DNA from: the human T2T-CHM13v2.0 reference genome, Homo sapiens
Length of the DNA: 64,000 nucleotides
Strand: one strand, 5' to 3'
Assembly (NCBI RefSeq): GCF_009914755.1
Contig: NC_060932.1
Within the stretch, counting starts at the first letter, position 1, and the number at the start of each line of letters is the position of its first letter. This document shows, piece after piece, positions 13,034 through 29,041 of the stretch. A program made the translations under genes and the position numbers. Below the pieces are notes generated by a model. That model was not told the DNA's origin. It was given only the letters and a program-made list of their open reading frames with translations, and ran no database searches.

Positions 13034-13733
13034 CTAGATTCCATCAAGAGGCCCCACGTAAATGGAAGTTACTGTTGTAGGCTGGTATTGGGATTGCATA
13101 GTCACCTGTAGGTGGAATCTCTGTAATCTGGAAGATACAAACTTAGTAAAAGCAGTAAAAAGTAAGGACCAAATATCAAAAGAATGACAAGGAACAAAGG
13201 TCCAAGGAATGGAAGAAGCCAAGTGATTTTTGGAAACCAATCAGTAACAGGTTTGATCCACTCTTGGTTACTTTGATAAAGTGTATGTAACCATCTGGCT
13301 TGTTTGAAAATGTCTTGAACATCAGTCTCCACTTCTCCAGACACATTAATGTAGGTGCAACAGGTTTTGTTGATGACAGCACAGTCTCCTCCTCATTCAG
13401 CTAGGAGGTAACACAGAGCTTGTCTATTATCAAAAACCATTCCTGCTAGTGAGTCTAAAGACTTTTGTATCGCTGATATACTTGCACCAATTTTTGCTAA
13501 GGCTATTTCAAGGGAGATGGTAAGTTCTAGTAGTATGATTTTATGGTAAGTAAAACCTGCCCGAGGAGCAAGAGTTGCAATAGTTTCTACAACTCTGGCC
13601 ACAATATGTTCTAGGCCCCTTTGTCCTCTTGAATGAAATTCTGAGTTGGAAGTTATGTTCAGGACAGCGATTTAGGTGGGAGCTATTGTTCCTAGAGTAC
13701 AATCACCATAATGAAGAGAATGATCAAGGTGGG
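13034..13733 (-). pseudogene. Degenerate gamma-type retroviral env (SU C-terminus + TM)
   Basis: Minus frame reads YGDCTLGTIAPT*..SRGQR/GLEHIVARVVETIATLAP..SLDSLAGMVFDNRQALCYLLAE*GGDCAVINKTCCTYIN..WLLPFLGPLFLVILLIFGP. This gives a furin-like RxxR site, fusion peptide, heptad, ISD, CX6CC and membrane span. Two stops and a frameshift before the tail. Confidence 0.9.
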
Positions 13734-14091
13734 TAATATTGTTAGCCTTTGTGTCCCCACCCACATCTCATCTTGAATTGTAATCCCTGGGTGTTTAGGG
13801 AGAGAAGACCTGGTGAGAAGTGATTGGATTGTGGGAACGGTTTTCCCCATGCTGTTCTCATGATAATGAGTGAGTTTTCATGAGCTCTGATGGTTTTATA
13901 AGGGGCTCTTCCACTTTTGCTTGCCACCTGCCGCTTCGTGAACAAGGTGCCTTACTTTACCTTACACCATGATTGTAAGTTTCCTGAGGCCTCCCCAGAC
14001 ATGGAAAACTGAGTCAAATTAAACCTTTTTCCTTTATAAATTATCCAGTCTCTGATAGTTCTTTATAGCAGTGTGAGAATGAGCCAATACA
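13734..14091 (+). mobile_element. THE1D/THE1C-like MaLR 3' LTR
   Basis: Homologous to 11723-12095; ends ..aataca and is followed by TSD CAGGT (14092-14096). Confidence 0.9.
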
Positions 14092-14216
14092 CAGGTATTG
14101 AAATATGAACAACCCAGGGGCTTGTACATGGTTAAATCTATAAAGCCGGAACATCTGTGCTCCAAAGCCAGGTCAGTGCTTTATTTATCTTATAAACTCA
14201 CAGTCCAAAAGATTCA

Positions 14217-14439
14217 TAGAGAGATCCTGCCTCTACAAAAAATTTAAAAATTAGCCAGTCATGGTGGTGTGATGGATTCCTCTTGGTGGAATCCAGTGAT
14301 GGGCCTGTGGTCCAAGCTACTCAGGAGGATGAAGTGGGAGGGTCACTTGAGCCTAGGAGGTAGAAGCTGCAACGAACCATGATCACATCACTGCACTCCA
14401 ACCTGGGCAACAGAGTGAAACCCTGCCTCAAAAAACAAA
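14217..14439 (+). mobile_element. 5'-truncated AluJ with small hairpin insertion
   Basis: End of left arm plus right arm. TSD caaaagattca at 14206-14216 and 14440-14450. Confidence 0.85.
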
Positions 14440-14749
14440 CAAAAGATTCAGAATAAACCACTTAGATTAGTATAACTCTTTTCTTTGAATTCACAAATTG
14501 AGGATGTAAAATGATCTTGTCCACAATCACTCAGCCAATAAAATGAAGACCTGAAGAGGAGCTGACAGCTCCTCAGCTATTATTAGGCCATGTGGCTAGT
14601 CATCTTTAAAGCCCCTGAAGAAAATCCAGAGAGTAGTAACTTCCTGCTCTTTCTTGCTGATACTCATGTGTCAGCATTCCATGTTGGAAGCTGACAAACA
14701 TTGTGCAGCTTTCTCTAGAATTTGCCTATGTTATGGTAAAAGGAAAATA

Positions 14750-14935
14750 TGGTATAAAGAACACGAGCTCTGAGACCAGTGAGATCTAGGCTTACATCCT
14801 TCCTCTTTCACTTGGACAATTTGGGCAAATTTACATCCTTGAGCTTCAGATTCACTGTAGGGTTTACATTTGATCATTTTTTTATGCAAGCTTTAGTACA
14901 GAATGCCATATAGTAGGTGCTCAATAAATACTATG
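14750..14935 (+). mobile_element. MIR SINE
   Basis: 'ttgggcaaattt...cttgagcttcag...gtacagaatgcc...tagtaggtgctcaataaata'. Confidence 0.65.
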
Positions 14936-16526
14936 TCCTCCTTTGGGGCAATTTTCTTGTGTAGGAACACTAGCTTGTCTGGCAAAGAGAAAGGGATAGG
15001 CACTGTTCCTGAGCTTAGCAGCCTCACTGATTATGGCTGGTCCTGCCCTTCAAGCTCCCCTGGGGAAGCCAGGCAAGAATGTGTGTCATCAGGAAGCTGG
15101 GGTCCAGGCTCTGCTGCCAGGATGGAGGCCCATTTTATTCCCCCTGCTACCTCAAAACATAAGAGTACAAACTTACTCAGAACCGAGTTAGCCCAGTAGA
15201 ACAGATGTTTCATTTTCCTTGAGAACAAAACAATTTTATGAATTCAGAAATGGAAATAATAGTTTGCTTCATCTAATTAGCAGGAGCTAATTTAGATTTC
15301 AAGGTCATTGTGTACGGTGTCCTCCTCCTTCACATGCCCAGCACTTTGGCTCTACTCCCTCCCTGCTTCTGTGATTCAGCATCCATGCACACACCATAAA
15401 CAATCACAATTTCCATTTTAGGATTTGGTCTCCTGGTGCTGTGCTACAGCCCCCGTTTTTAGGAAATTGGTGCTTGGCAAACGATGAAAAGTTTCACAGA
15501 ATATGAAGGTTATGGCACAGTTTTCTCCTGCCTCATGGCTTAATTTAATTAAGTATTCTGTAATAGCTCTGCAGCAGACTTGTGCTGCGGAATGGGCTCC
15601 AATTTGCCCTATGGCAACTGCAGGAGCAGAGCAACTATAAGATATGCAAGATGACTCATCAGCTGTTGGAAAATGCAGTGAAACCTTTGCCTTTTCAACA
15701 GGATCAGGCAAGGGGACTGAGACAGCATCCCTGGGAATAGACACCTGGTAACTCAGCATCTACAAGATCATTTTAAAACATGCTTACAGTAGAGTAATCA
15801 GCAAAACCACTGTCTGACCTTGAAATTATTCTATGGCTGCTGGACCTTGAAGACACTGATGGAAGCAGCTAAGTCCAGCTGTCTGGAACTTTGATCAACT
15901 ATGTCTGCCCCCCTCAGTGTAGCCAAGACCTCCCTTACAGCAGGTTCTCTAGGGCAGGAGGTGTAAGCAGAGAAGTCAGGAGACCAAGATGCTCTTTCTT
16001 ATTGTGGCAGATACCGAGTAACCTCATGCCTTTGCAGGCTTTCGGCTGTGAGCAAATTCTGATATTTATTATCCTTACTGGGGACACTCAGCTTCACAGA
16101 TTTTGTTTTTCAAACATGAAAAAAGAAAAAATCGAGGCCCTGAAGTCACAGAATGTTTTGGCAGCTATGTTCAGGCTTGATAGAAAGGCATCCCCATGGG
16201 GACGTAGCTTTTGTCTGGTTCCGTTTAATTTGCTATCTTCAGAAGGGAAAGATGGAGAGAAAACCGGTTGGGTGGGGCTATGTGATGGAGATTTTCTGTT
16301 AAGATGGAAATGAGGGGAGCTTTAGGTAAGTGACAGATGACTTCCCAAGAAACTGCATGTAACTAGTCATGAACAACGTTGCAATCTAAGACACAAGTGA
16401 CAGAGGTGGCCTAGGAGGCAATGCTCACATGTAGTCAGTTTGTACAGCCATATTCCCTTGCAAGGTTGTAAAGGGGACCACTCTGTATTACTGCTCATAG
16501 CCATGGCTACGCTGTCTGCCTATTAG

Positions 16527-16855
<329 letters not shown>

Positions 16856-16929
16856 AAGATGTTTAAGAATTAATCTCCAGCATTTCCTGCAGCCCTTCCA
16901 AAATTGATCCTCCAAGAAGATTCATGCAA

Positions 16930-17100
16930 ACCTCATTCATTTACTCAAAGCTCATTCTTTCATTCAACAAACTTACACTGAGTATGTGTGATAGGCACAA
17001 CACTGGGCTAAGAGTCGGGGATGCAAAGAGTAAAATGTAAAATGTATCTTATTTAAACTCATCTAATCCTTCTAAGAGAATACATTCTAGTGCTGGAGAT
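16930..17100 (-). mobile_element. L2 3' end fragment
   Basis: (tcat)n start, 'cattcaacaaac...ctgagt...aggcac...ggggatgca'. Confidence 0.6.
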
Positions 17101-18941
17101 TGACACATAAACTACAGCAATGTGTTCTGGATACTGACACATAAACTACAGCTGAGGAGGTTGTGCTTCCGTGAAAAGAACATAAGATTTAGAATCCTTA
17201 GTCCTATGTTTATTACCAACTTCACCCATAGGTGCATGTAAACCTAACCTTGACATATTACTAAACATCTTGGAGCCTAGTTTATCTACCTATAAGAGTT
17301 GAACAATCTTAAAAGGATATTGTGATGGTTAGGATATATAAATATATATATCAGTGTATATATATAATGATCATATCTTATATATATCACATATAAATAG
17401 GATTATGAAGGTTATGGCACAGTTTTCTCCTGGCTTAAGGCTTACTTTAATTAGATATTCTGTAATAGCTCAGCAGCAGAATTGCACTGCAGATATATAT
17501 ATACATAAATATAATATTAGATTGGTGCAAAAGTAATCACAGCAAAACTGGCCATGTGAATATATATAACAGAGCAATTGCTCAGTTAATAGTTTTAATG
17601 AAAATTTAAAGGTCCAGTGATGATAATATCACAAAGTGCCACAAAAGCACAGAAGAGGCAACTACTGTCTGAGGGTTATAATTTCGCTAGGTTTGAAAAG
17701 AATTGTTGCTCACCCAACCAAGAATGGGGTAAATGTTATTACCGCAAATTATTTTTCATGAGAAAATGCCCAGAGAAGTGGAAGAGCAGGGTCTTTTCAA
17801 GTAGGTGTGGTGGTAGGTAGAATTAGAAGTGGATTCAAATATAGGGCTGATGTAGCTAACTGGGACTAAATTTTGGAGTAAGTTCATTGTGTCCACCCTG
17901 GAGGCAATTAATAAGCATGTTCAGAAATGGGATTTATAAAATTGATTCTGGAGACCAGGATGCTAAGGCAATGGAGTAGAGAGGGAGTGGGAGAGAGCAA
18001 GATGGAATTTAGAAGGTGAAGGTAATGTTGTACATGAGTGATGATGGCCTGAATCTAATATGGATTCGTGGCAAAGAAGATGGAGAGTAGAAAATGGAGT
18101 GGGGAGGAATTTATGAGGTGGAGAGAAAGCCCTGATGACTAAGTGGACGTGTGGTATGAGGTGGTAGAGGATCCAAGGATGTCATTGAGCCTGGGCTTTG
18201 GAAAGGTTGCCAACATCTATTCTAAGAAGTTGGAGAAAACACTCTTCATGCACTTATAGAAGTCCAAGAGGTAGGGGCTGAGACAAGCCCAACACCCTAT
18301 TCATTGGCTCAGTCAGATCCTGATAGTAGCTGTGGGCTATTCATGTTGTACTGTGCTAGCATTGCATGGATATCATCACCTAATCTTTAGAGCAATGCTA
18401 TGAAACAGGTATTATCATTCTCATACTATTCATGAGGAAACTGAGGCTCAGCTGTGTTAGGAATCTAATTGCATACAACGAGCAACCCTTGGAGTTGGAA
18501 ATCAACCGAGATTTGCCTGATACCAAAGGCCCTGATCTTCACCACTTCCCTCTATCTGTTCCTCCTATAGAGATGTCTACCACATAGGACTCATAAAGAG
18601 GATCACCTTTTTAAGTGAAGCTCATGCCTCTCCACCATCATAGATTATTTCCCTTGGTGTAACATGGGAGAACAAATTCTGACTGAAGCCAGGTTGTCTC
18701 TCTCTTTTTAAAATTACTTATTTATTTTTAATTTTTAATTTTTGTGGGTACATAGTAGGTGTATATATTTCTCTTTTAAGTTATTTATAATAGCAACATT
18801 TGACGTAGGGATAAAACTCACTGTCCCCATTATCTGTATTCATTCATTCACTCATTTACCAGCCACCATCAGTTGGTAGCATTCCACCAATGCTTTCTGC
18901 TCTCCTGGCACTGTGCCAGGCTCTGTGTCCACTATTTCAAG

Positions 18942-19265
<324 letters not shown>

Positions 19266-19419
19266 TAAGGTGTTTCTGGAAAGTTACCCTGCTGACTGTC
19301 CTCATCTTACCATCTTTTATGGAAAAACATTTCCCTCTTGGCATTCTGGGAGTTCATAGAGGAATGAAACCTTTCCATGTTCCTCCATTTCTGACATTGT
19401 TGGAAACGTTGCAGGTTTT

Positions 19420-19716
<297 letters not shown>

Positions 19717-21346
19717 TAGGTCATTTTTAACTTAACATTTGAGGAGCTGTGTTGACACATGTCCTACCCATCAGTCTTCAGGGAAATTAAGGTTTTAATT
19801 TCAATCCAGCCTAAACAGGTAGTGGTAAACTCTCCACATCAGGGAGGACCAGGCTGGCCTGCCAGTGGGTTAGGATGCTTCAGGTGTGACTGTTTCATCT
19901 ACGGAATATGGTGGTTTGCAGAATAAGTGTTACTGGATAGTTCTGGTCACCCAGATACTCATGCCTACTTTGCAAATTAGATTTACTCCCAAAGTGAGCG
20001 TACTAATGGAAAGCAGTTTGTATGGCTATCAAAATACAGTCACTACTACAGACAACAGGGTAAGCCTGCCCATCATGAATGAAAAATCACAGACCTCAGA
20101 GTTGAAGATCAGAGGGTAGCTAAAACTTTCTTCACTCTAAATTGATAGAATTTTTCTACAAAAATCAGATCATTGCTTTTCTCTTAGGTTTTCAAATTAT
20201 CTGTTGCAGCATGCACCACATTATATTATATTCACATTTATGGCTGACTTCCAGCTAGTTGTGAGCTCATAGATTTTAGAGATTATGCTGGGTTCACCTT
20301 TAGCCCTAATGCTTAGCACTATGCCTGGAACTTAGAGGATCTTAATAAATATCATTCAGAGCTACTACTTTATTTATCATTGTTAACAGGGAAGATCATA
20401 GGACTCTACAGAAAAAAAAAAAAACCAAATCTTAATTCATTCAAGGTCCTTCTCTGTACTAGTCTTAACCAAGATGAATGGTAAAAGAATATGTTTGCAG
20501 CAGGGTGGAGTGGATAGTTTTATAAATGAAGATGGATTATAATATTATGATATTGTTGTTTTATTATATATCTATCATAAAAGAAAATAATCTTACTAAA
20601 GAATAATCTTTGGTCCTTTCAATTAATGTAATGGAGACTCTCAATTTAGCTGGAAGAGAGATTCAGTCTTGCCTGGGCATGTCTCTGGAATTGGTGGGAG
20701 CAGCTGCCAGAGGCTGTTTGCATATGGATTGAAGGTCCTCTTGGGAGAGTTCTCATTCTGAAGGAAGAAGTTGCCTGGCAACAAGAGTTTGACCCATAGA
20801 GACAGCCTTACCCAACAGAGGAGCAAGGAAGCCTGACTACTGTGTGATGTCTGTCACCTAGATCCCCCTCCCAGCAGGATGACAATTTATACCTAGGAGC
20901 TATAGAGAGTAGAGGGTTTGAATGTACAAAGTGGGGGAAAATAAACTTGCATTACTAATCTTTTTTAAAAGAGTGGAGTACAATGCCATGTTTCAGGATC
21001 TATGTGATAAACTGAAACATAAATAGAAGGGAAGCATCCCTGCTTTTTTTTTTTTTTTTTTAACTAAAAACAGTTTGGGTATGGTAATGTCACCAAAGCA
21101 TTCATGACAATGCATGGCAAACCAGCAACAGTACCAGGAGGAAGACTTTGAAGCCCAGTAGAGCATGAAGGATAGACCCCTGTAGGATATGATAGTATCC
21201 AGATGATACTCATTGGAACATGGATACACCTAGAATAGAGTAGCAGACAGAGTGACAAAGTGATACTCAGCAGAGGACTGAGGGGGAACAGTTGCACCCA
21301 GTGGAACAGTGAGTGGATGGAAAATAATGGTACTAGGGGGTGGATG

Positions 21347-21490
21347 TGAAGCAGCATCTTTGTCTGGGATAATACCTGAGGTTCGTGGTCTCACGCCAAG
21401 AAGATTGAGGACACGGACACACACACACGAATGAGTTTAGAAGCTGAGGTTTAATAGGCAAAAGAAAGAGAAAGGAAAACAGCTCTCTCT

Positions 21491-21541
<51 letters not shown>

Positions 21542-22016
21542 CGCGAGCCGCCCCAGTGGGAATCCCAGCCTGCCTACCGAGTGCACCAGATTTTATACAG
21601 AGGCTTGAGGAGGTGGTGTCTGATTTATGAAGGGCCTACAGATTGATTGGACCAGTTGTGACGTTTATATAGAGCGTGGGGAAGGCTGGCTGCCCCACTC
21701 CAATCTTATTATGCACATGGACTTTTCACTTGGCTGGCGCCATGTTGTCTGCTTCTTACTGTACACTTGGCTGGAAAGGAGAAGGGAAGACGGAGCCACA
21801 ATTTTGAACATGCCTATTCCCAGGCAGCCTTTTCCTACTGGCACAGCTGCTGGCATTCACCTGTGCAAGGTTCTAGCTTGCTTGTCTATGTCTGCAGCTG
21901 GATTTTACAGGCTGTTCTTTGTTAGAAAAGAAAATGATTTGGGGGCTGCTTTTCATTAAAAGGAAAACCTTACCCTCACTATCTGCCTAAATGATTTCTT
22001 CTTAACTCCTGTATCA
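21347..22016 (-). mobile_element. MER50 solo LTR (ERV1) containing (GA)n at ~21493-21540
   Basis: Minus strand TGATACAGGAG...CTTCA matches the recalled MER50 consensus. 4-bp TSD GATG at 21343-21346 and 22017-22020. Confidence 0.88.
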
Positions 22017-23166
22017 GATGTTGATGTCAAAGGGGGAGCCATCAAAGGATTTTAGAGCTCTACTATAAGCCTAATTGAACTAACAACTGCTACTGGACTT
22101 AACGAGATCATGAATCTCTAGTCCAGGATGTTAGAAAGCCTGCATCCCATGGCCGTGCACAAAAAGTCACTGATAGTTAACTTTTCTTTTCCAAATGGAA
22201 TTTTTTTTTGTTCAATGTGGTGCTTTCTTTAAATAAATTCTTTCACAAACTGAGGAATCCTACATTAATTCAAATATTTAATTCATATGCATGTGTTTTC
22301 TCCAATTTAGTCCCACAGGGAATTCAGTTAGCTTATAAGAATGCAAACACTTTAGCAAGTTTTAACAAATTCAGAACAAGTGAAACAACTACACTTAATC
22401 TCTCTCTACTTTATTTAAACTTTAAATTGGGATTTCAGCTATAGCATTAGTATAAGATGTATGTGAATTTTTGTTTCCATAGCTTCCAAGCTCTTTGGCT
22501 GTTCAGTATAGTGTTTATCATAACCCCCACTATTGGGTGAGAAAAGCCAATTTAAGAGACTGAGATGCTAACACTCAAAGAGGGCAAATGACTTCACTGA
22601 GTTGTACCCAAAATTGCTGTCTTTTCCTAACAGGTTTTTTTTCTTCATTTCCTTCTTTTGCCTGATCAAATAACACAGAGAAAGTGGTCCTATTTAGTAA
22701 GTTGAAATACCTCTCTGATACCCAATGCAATACCCAATAAGTGTACATTGTGCCTTATGGAATTGACAGATCGCTGCGAGGGCCAGGTGAGGCAGTGACT
22801 GAGCTGCCCAAAACAAGTGTCAGTGAGTGGCCACATTGATTTTAAGAGCCTATCAAGTAAGCATAAATTAATCATGAAAACAATCAAGTTTAAATTTCAG
22901 CTTGTTTGGAGTACCAATCCTTGATAAAAAAGGGGTGGGATAATATTTTTTCCTTGACACTTGGGCTTCCCATTGAACTTGAGTTACTTTCCACCTAAGG
23001 GGAAGTGTTATGCATTTTTGGAACAGAACCCAGATCAATGCAATATAGAGTGTATTCTTTTTATTGGTGTTGTACTCTTTATTGTCAATCCTGGAATACC
23101 AGATCTAGAAATAAAATGGGAGTAGAATTAGAAGGAAACTAGAATGATCAAATTCCATCTGTATAA

Positions 23167-23523
<357 letters not shown>

Positions 23524-23827
23524 TAAGCTACTCCAAAGGTTAGTGACATGTATTACCCGGTAATTTTTGAATCACAAATGTCAACACTTTCAGGGTTTGC
23601 AGGAACCCTCCAGCTGATGAGTGAGATTAATCAGAGCCCACCATCCACATTTCAGTGATTTCGTTCTATTTATGTTTGCATAGCATTTTATAATATAAAT
23701 TACATGTTCTAATAGTATTTTAAAATTTGACTATACCTGAAGTGCTCTGAATATATCTTTCAAAAACGTCAAGACTATATGGAACTATGGAACTATCAAA
23801 AAGATGTCTGAGGTTGAAGCCACCCGC

Positions 23828-24142
23828 CTTTTATTTTATTTTATTTTATTTTTTTGAGACTGAGTCTCACTCTGTCACCCAGCCTGGAATGGAGTGGCGC
23901 CATCTGGGTTCACTGCAACCTCCGCCTCCTGGGTTCAAGGGATTCCTGTGTCAGCCTCCTGAGTAGCTGGGACTACAGGCATGCTCCACCATGCCCGGCT
24001 AATTTTTTATATATTTTTTTTTCATAGAGATGGGGTTTTACCATATTGGCCAGGCTGGTTTTGAACTCCTGACTTCAAGCGATCTGCCCACCTTGGCCAC
24101 CCAAAGTGTTGGGATTACAGGTGTGAGTCACTGCACCCAGCC
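23828..24142 (-). mobile_element. AluS SINE
   Basis: Dimeric Alu with (TTTTA)n tail. Confidence 0.92.
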
Positions 24143-24635
24143 AAAGCTACCCTCTTAATAGGAGTTGGAGTTTATGTCTGTTTGCTTCCTAAGACCACAC
24201 TCTTTATATCAAAATGTGCTACCTGCTTGGAGGTATTTTTGCATATTATGTTCAAGTTTATGAGCAAAATAATTTTAAACTCTGCTTACAGTAAAGTAGT
24301 TAGCAAAACCACTGTCTGACCTTGAACTTATTTTGAAGGATGTTTTAGTTGATGGGACCTTAAATCACTGTTAGAGGTGGCTACACCCACCATCTGGCAA
24401 TATGAAAAGCAATTTTTGCCTTGCAAAGTGAGGTCAGGATCTAAGCCAAGAGACAACTTGTCCAGGGCACAAGGCCCAAAAAGAGCAATCAGGAGACAGA
24501 GATGTTCTTCCTTATCTGGTAAATGTGAGATATCTCATACTTTGAGTTAGGGATCAATTCAGATACACCCAGATTCTGACTTCAACATCCTGCCATGGCA
24601 GTCAAACGATACTCTAAGGTTAACATTTTTAAAGT

Positions 24636-24951
24636 TGTTTTTCTTGTTTTTTTGTTTTTTGTTTTTTTGAGACAGGATCTCACTCTGTCGTCCAGGCTGG
24701 AATGCGGTGCTGCACCTGTAGCTCACTGTAACTTCAAACCCCTGGGCTCAAGAGATCCTACCACATCAGCCTCCCATACAACTGGGACTACAGGTGCATG
24801 CCACCATGGCCAGCTAATATTTTTTTTAGTAGAGACAGGGCCTTGCTACGTTGTCCCACCTGGTCTTGAACTCCTGGCCTCTTGAAGCTATCCTCCCAGC
24901 TTGGCCTCCCAAGGCACGGGGATTACAGGTGTGAGCCACCATTCCTGACCC
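24636..24951 (-). mobile_element. AluJ SINE
   Basis: Dimeric Alu; flanks aaagttgttttt and aaagttattttt resemble a TSD. Confidence 0.9.
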
Positions 24952-25533
24952 CAAAGTTATTTTTCTGAAAGGAAAACAAAGATTACCCTTAGAGAGTTTA
25001 GGGTAGCTTTTCAATAATTAGCTACTCTTGAAGATGACTGACATTCTCTCAAATGCCATTTCCTCATCTTTCCCATGTCTGTCAGTCACATTATTATAAC
25101 ATAGATAACTGGTGTGGGGGGAATCTTACTGGTGATAGTCCAGTGCTCTTTATGACACATTCACTTCTCTAACCCATGGAGACTTCCATAGGATGCTCAG
25201 TGTTATCCTAGATCACAGGTGTCCCTGTCCTGATGTCAGGTTAATGAAGGTGGCTTGTGGACTTGGATATTTCTGGGAAATTTTACAAGGGGTAACTAAA
25301 GTAAAAGAGAAAGAAATGCAGAAAAATAGAAACAGAAATTCTCACCATAGAAGCTTCATTATGTATTTGCAAGATATTCACACACTCTAGATTTTCTAAG
25401 ACAGTTCTGAAGTTAAATCACCTTATTCTTAAAAATATGATGGATTATGCTTATGTTTATTTAAGTGTATATACATCTGTGTTGGGTATTCATGTGTAAC
25501 ATTTTAGAGCTCATATTTTCATGGCTGTCTAGT

Positions 25534-26141
<608 letters not shown>

Positions 26142-27649
26142 TGCTCTCTAGTTGAATGACTTCAGGCAAGATACTCAACCTCTTTGATCCTAGGTTTCTT
26201 CCTTATTACAGCATGGAGACTACTACCTAGGTAATATGGTTATCGTGAAGAGCAAATGAGAATCAGACTAAGCACATTGTAGATATTCAACAAGTTTACA
26301 CATTTGAAAATGTCCAGAAGGAAATTTATCACAAGTACTTGTCTTCATTGGATAGTGAGACTATGAATGCGTAGCATGTGTATCCCAGGCTTTCCTAGCT
26401 TGCCAACACAAGTGACAACTAATTTATGTTAACAACACTAATGGAAACTTAGTGAATGCTTACTATCAGCCAGGCACCCTGCTAAGCTCTCCTCATGGAT
26501 TATCTCAGAGATCAACCAGATCTTACTGGCTTGTGTCCTCAGCTAGTTGATCAAAATTTAGTTTTATCCAGATCCCAAATATTTTGGAGACTTCCCAGTG
26601 ACATATTTACATGTCCTTAAATCATTTTTCTCCAAATTCTACTTGACCATTTGAAAATGGATATATGATCCTCAAAGCTAGATCAATGCCCAGTAGTTTT
26701 CCTTTTTTCCTAACTCCTAATGGGTGCTGATTTCATGGAGTCAGGAGCCCCTGATAGTTTGAGGTTTCTAAAGTACTGCTGCAGCCAAGGTTAAGCCTGG
26801 GATTTGGCCTCGCTCACTATTAACAACTGATAATAAAATGCAATCAGAAATCCCCAATGTTTCTGTTGAAGGATCCAGAATTCTAGCAACCCTAAGATAT
26901 TGCTGCTGTTGTGCTGGGGATTGGTAGTCCAAGCCCCAGCCATCCCACCAGGTTGTAGCTGCAGTTGAAAAGTCCACTCCTAAGGTCTGTTACACCCAGG
27001 AAATCAGTGTCTGGGTCCAAAGGATCATTGGTGGTACACTTCTTTTAGCTCATGAACACACACACCCCATGCATACACTTAGGCAAATGGTGCACACACA
27101 CACAAACACACATACACCATGGGCATGTTCCCCAACCCCACACATAGTTCAAAGGAAGATGGGTTAAAATTTATCTGTGCTTACCTTGTAACTGATTCTA
27201 GATTACTTAGTTCTGAGCTTATGTGTTGCTTTCAGGCCTTCTTGGTCTGTTCCATTTGCTATTCCAGCAACTGACTTCCTTTCAGGGGTTTCACTGCCTT
27301 TTTCAGTGACCCCTCCTGGGCTGGGCCTACATAGCCCATGAGACATAGATTTTACCCTGTTAATTTTTTGACATAGTTGGAATCACTATCCCATTCCATA
27401 TTTCACCAGGGGAATCCCTAGTTCCCTATGTAAATATCAGGATGTACATGGATGCTTGCAGAGGTGAGAAGGGTGCTCCCCAGTTTCAGTCACCAGCTGC
27501 ACCAATATCCCAAAGGCAGATGCATGTGTTAAATAAAAAGTAATGACAACTAACAGTGAAGATTCTTTATTTTTGAAGCATTTTTCTTGTGATAAAAAAA
27601 TAGCGACTCTTATCATAGCTTAGGCCTGATTTTTACAATTTTAACTGAA

Positions 27650-27945
<296 letters not shown>

Positions 27946-28309
27946 TAGCCACTGAGTTTAATCATAAGAGGGTATGGAAATTCACACTCTCACTTTGGTG
28001 CATTGGGAAAAAAGCTCTCTAACCTACTCCATTACCATAAACAGAGAATCCGTTCCTCTGGTATGTTTCAAATGATCTTACATTATCAATGGATTGATTA
28101 ACCTCAGTAATGATTTGTTGGACGGCCACTATTAATAATAAAGACTTTTAAATAACTCCTTGTTTCAAAATAATTATTTTTTCACCTTTATTATAATTAT
28201 ATAAAGAAGATGTACCCATTTTATGAGTACATTTCAGTGAGTTGTGACAAATGTTAGCACCTGTCCAATTATCTCCCTAGTCAAGTTCTATAGCATTGCT
28301 GTCACTCCC

Positions 28310-29041
<732 letters not shown>

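Noticed and set aside
15418-16313. 113-aa and 140-aa ORFs in unique DNA
   Set aside because: No domain resemblance or splice context. The region is better explained as non-coding, possibly regulatory.
17090-17152. Direct repeat tgacacataaactacagc (17101-17118, 17135-17152) as a CRISPR-like unit
   Set aside because: Only two copies of a ~34-bp tandem duplication in eukaryotic DNA; no array.
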